From assembly GCA_043228905.1 (NCBI GenBank), contig JBHGNT010001391.1, positions 1-9,081 on the forward strand: a stretch of DNA of 9,081 nt, given 5' to 3'. Positions 8,499-9,081 of the stretch are shown piece after piece. How positions within the stretch are numbered: the stretch's first letter is position 1; every line of letters starts with the position of its first letter. Under the pieces are notes generated by a model. It searched no databases and was not told the origin of the DNA. It saw only the letters and a list, made by a program, of their open reading frames with translations. A program made the position numbers and the translations under genes. Origin of the DNA: Azolla caroliniana. Its lineage: Eukaryota > Plantae > Polypodiophyta.

Positions 8499-8639
8499 CC
8501 TTTCTTCATCTTCAGCTGTTGATGGGATGTTAGCAAAATTATATTCTAAAGATGCAGATGATGAAGTCTGATGATCTACATCACCATTGAATTGACTGGA
8601 TGATGTCATTGTCGAGCGTTCCTCATTGTTTCCACGAAT
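8499..8639 (-). CDS. Alpha/beta-hydrolase family protein, internal exon
   Basis: Acceptor TTCTTCAG|ATT and donor AGG|GTAAAT; 141 nt, phase 0/0. IRGNNEE...ANIPSTAEDEER resembles the family motif FPSNAEEEER that precedes MLMEA. Confidence 0.85.
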
Positions 8640-8800
8640 CTGAAGAATTTACATATTTGCACTTAATTAACATAAACACAGAATTCAATCTATAAAATCG
8701 AAATGGATTTATCATGAAAGAAACTTTCTCCTTGATAACTAAGTAAATAAATATTATATATATCAAGGAAATCCTGTAGTGATGCATTCAACTGTTTGAC

Positions 8801-8896
8801 CTGGAGATTCGATGACCCAGAAGGTTTGTCGTCAATGTTCTCTTTGCTTAGAAGCTTTGACATATCTCCTTGCAAGTCTCCAAGATCTGAAGGAAC
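8801..8896 (-). CDS. Alpha/beta-hydrolase family protein, internal exon
   Basis: Acceptor ATGTAG|GTT and donor CAG|GTCAAA; 96 nt, phase 0/0. VPSDLGDLQG...SSNLQ continues the family motif MSRTE|VPS. Confidence 0.8.
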
Positions 8897-8995
8897 CTAC
8901 ATAATGCAAAATATATATTTATTAAACAACACGAAACTTAAAAGAAATGCATAATAAACACATTGCGAACATGAATAAAATAAGCATGTGTTTAC

Positions 8996-9051
8996 CTCAG
9001 TACGGCTCATGTGCCATCCTAAAGCATCCTCCATTAGATCTGGTTCAAGTC
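8996..9051 (-). CDS. Alpha/beta-hydrolase family protein, upstream exon (5' boundary uncertain)
   Basis: Ends ...HMSRTE at donor GAG|GTAAAC (99-nt intron 8995-8897). The frame is closed by TAA at 9058-9056, so the exon either starts at TAG|GA (9051) or is disrupted. Confidence 0.6.
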
Positions 9052-9081
9052 CTATTTATATTGAATTTTTTGAAGTACATC

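Overview
Eukaryotic land-plant nuclear DNA; the PPR repeat style suggests a fern (inference). Gene order: (1) an intronless + strand PLS-class PPR gene with E1-E2 and no DYW domain (1229-3223), a likely organellar RNA-editing specificity factor; (2) a heavily decayed second PPR relic on the same strand (~3500-4175) containing a recent 3 x 87-bp tandem amplification; (3) a convergent - strand spliced gene for an unrecognised Ser-rich single-TM protein (6199-4849), with a 3 x ~52-bp tandem repeat upstream; (4) the last exons of a - strand alpha/beta-hydrolase gene of the At4g14290/At3g23540 type, ending at 7915. Upstream of the PPR gene is a degenerate nested inverted-repeat (foldback) element centred near 840 that shares a motif with the 52-bp repeat. 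I see no RNA genes or CRISPR array and no convincing wholly new system. Most other ORFs in the track are shadows. Family assignments rest on motif recall, not database searches.
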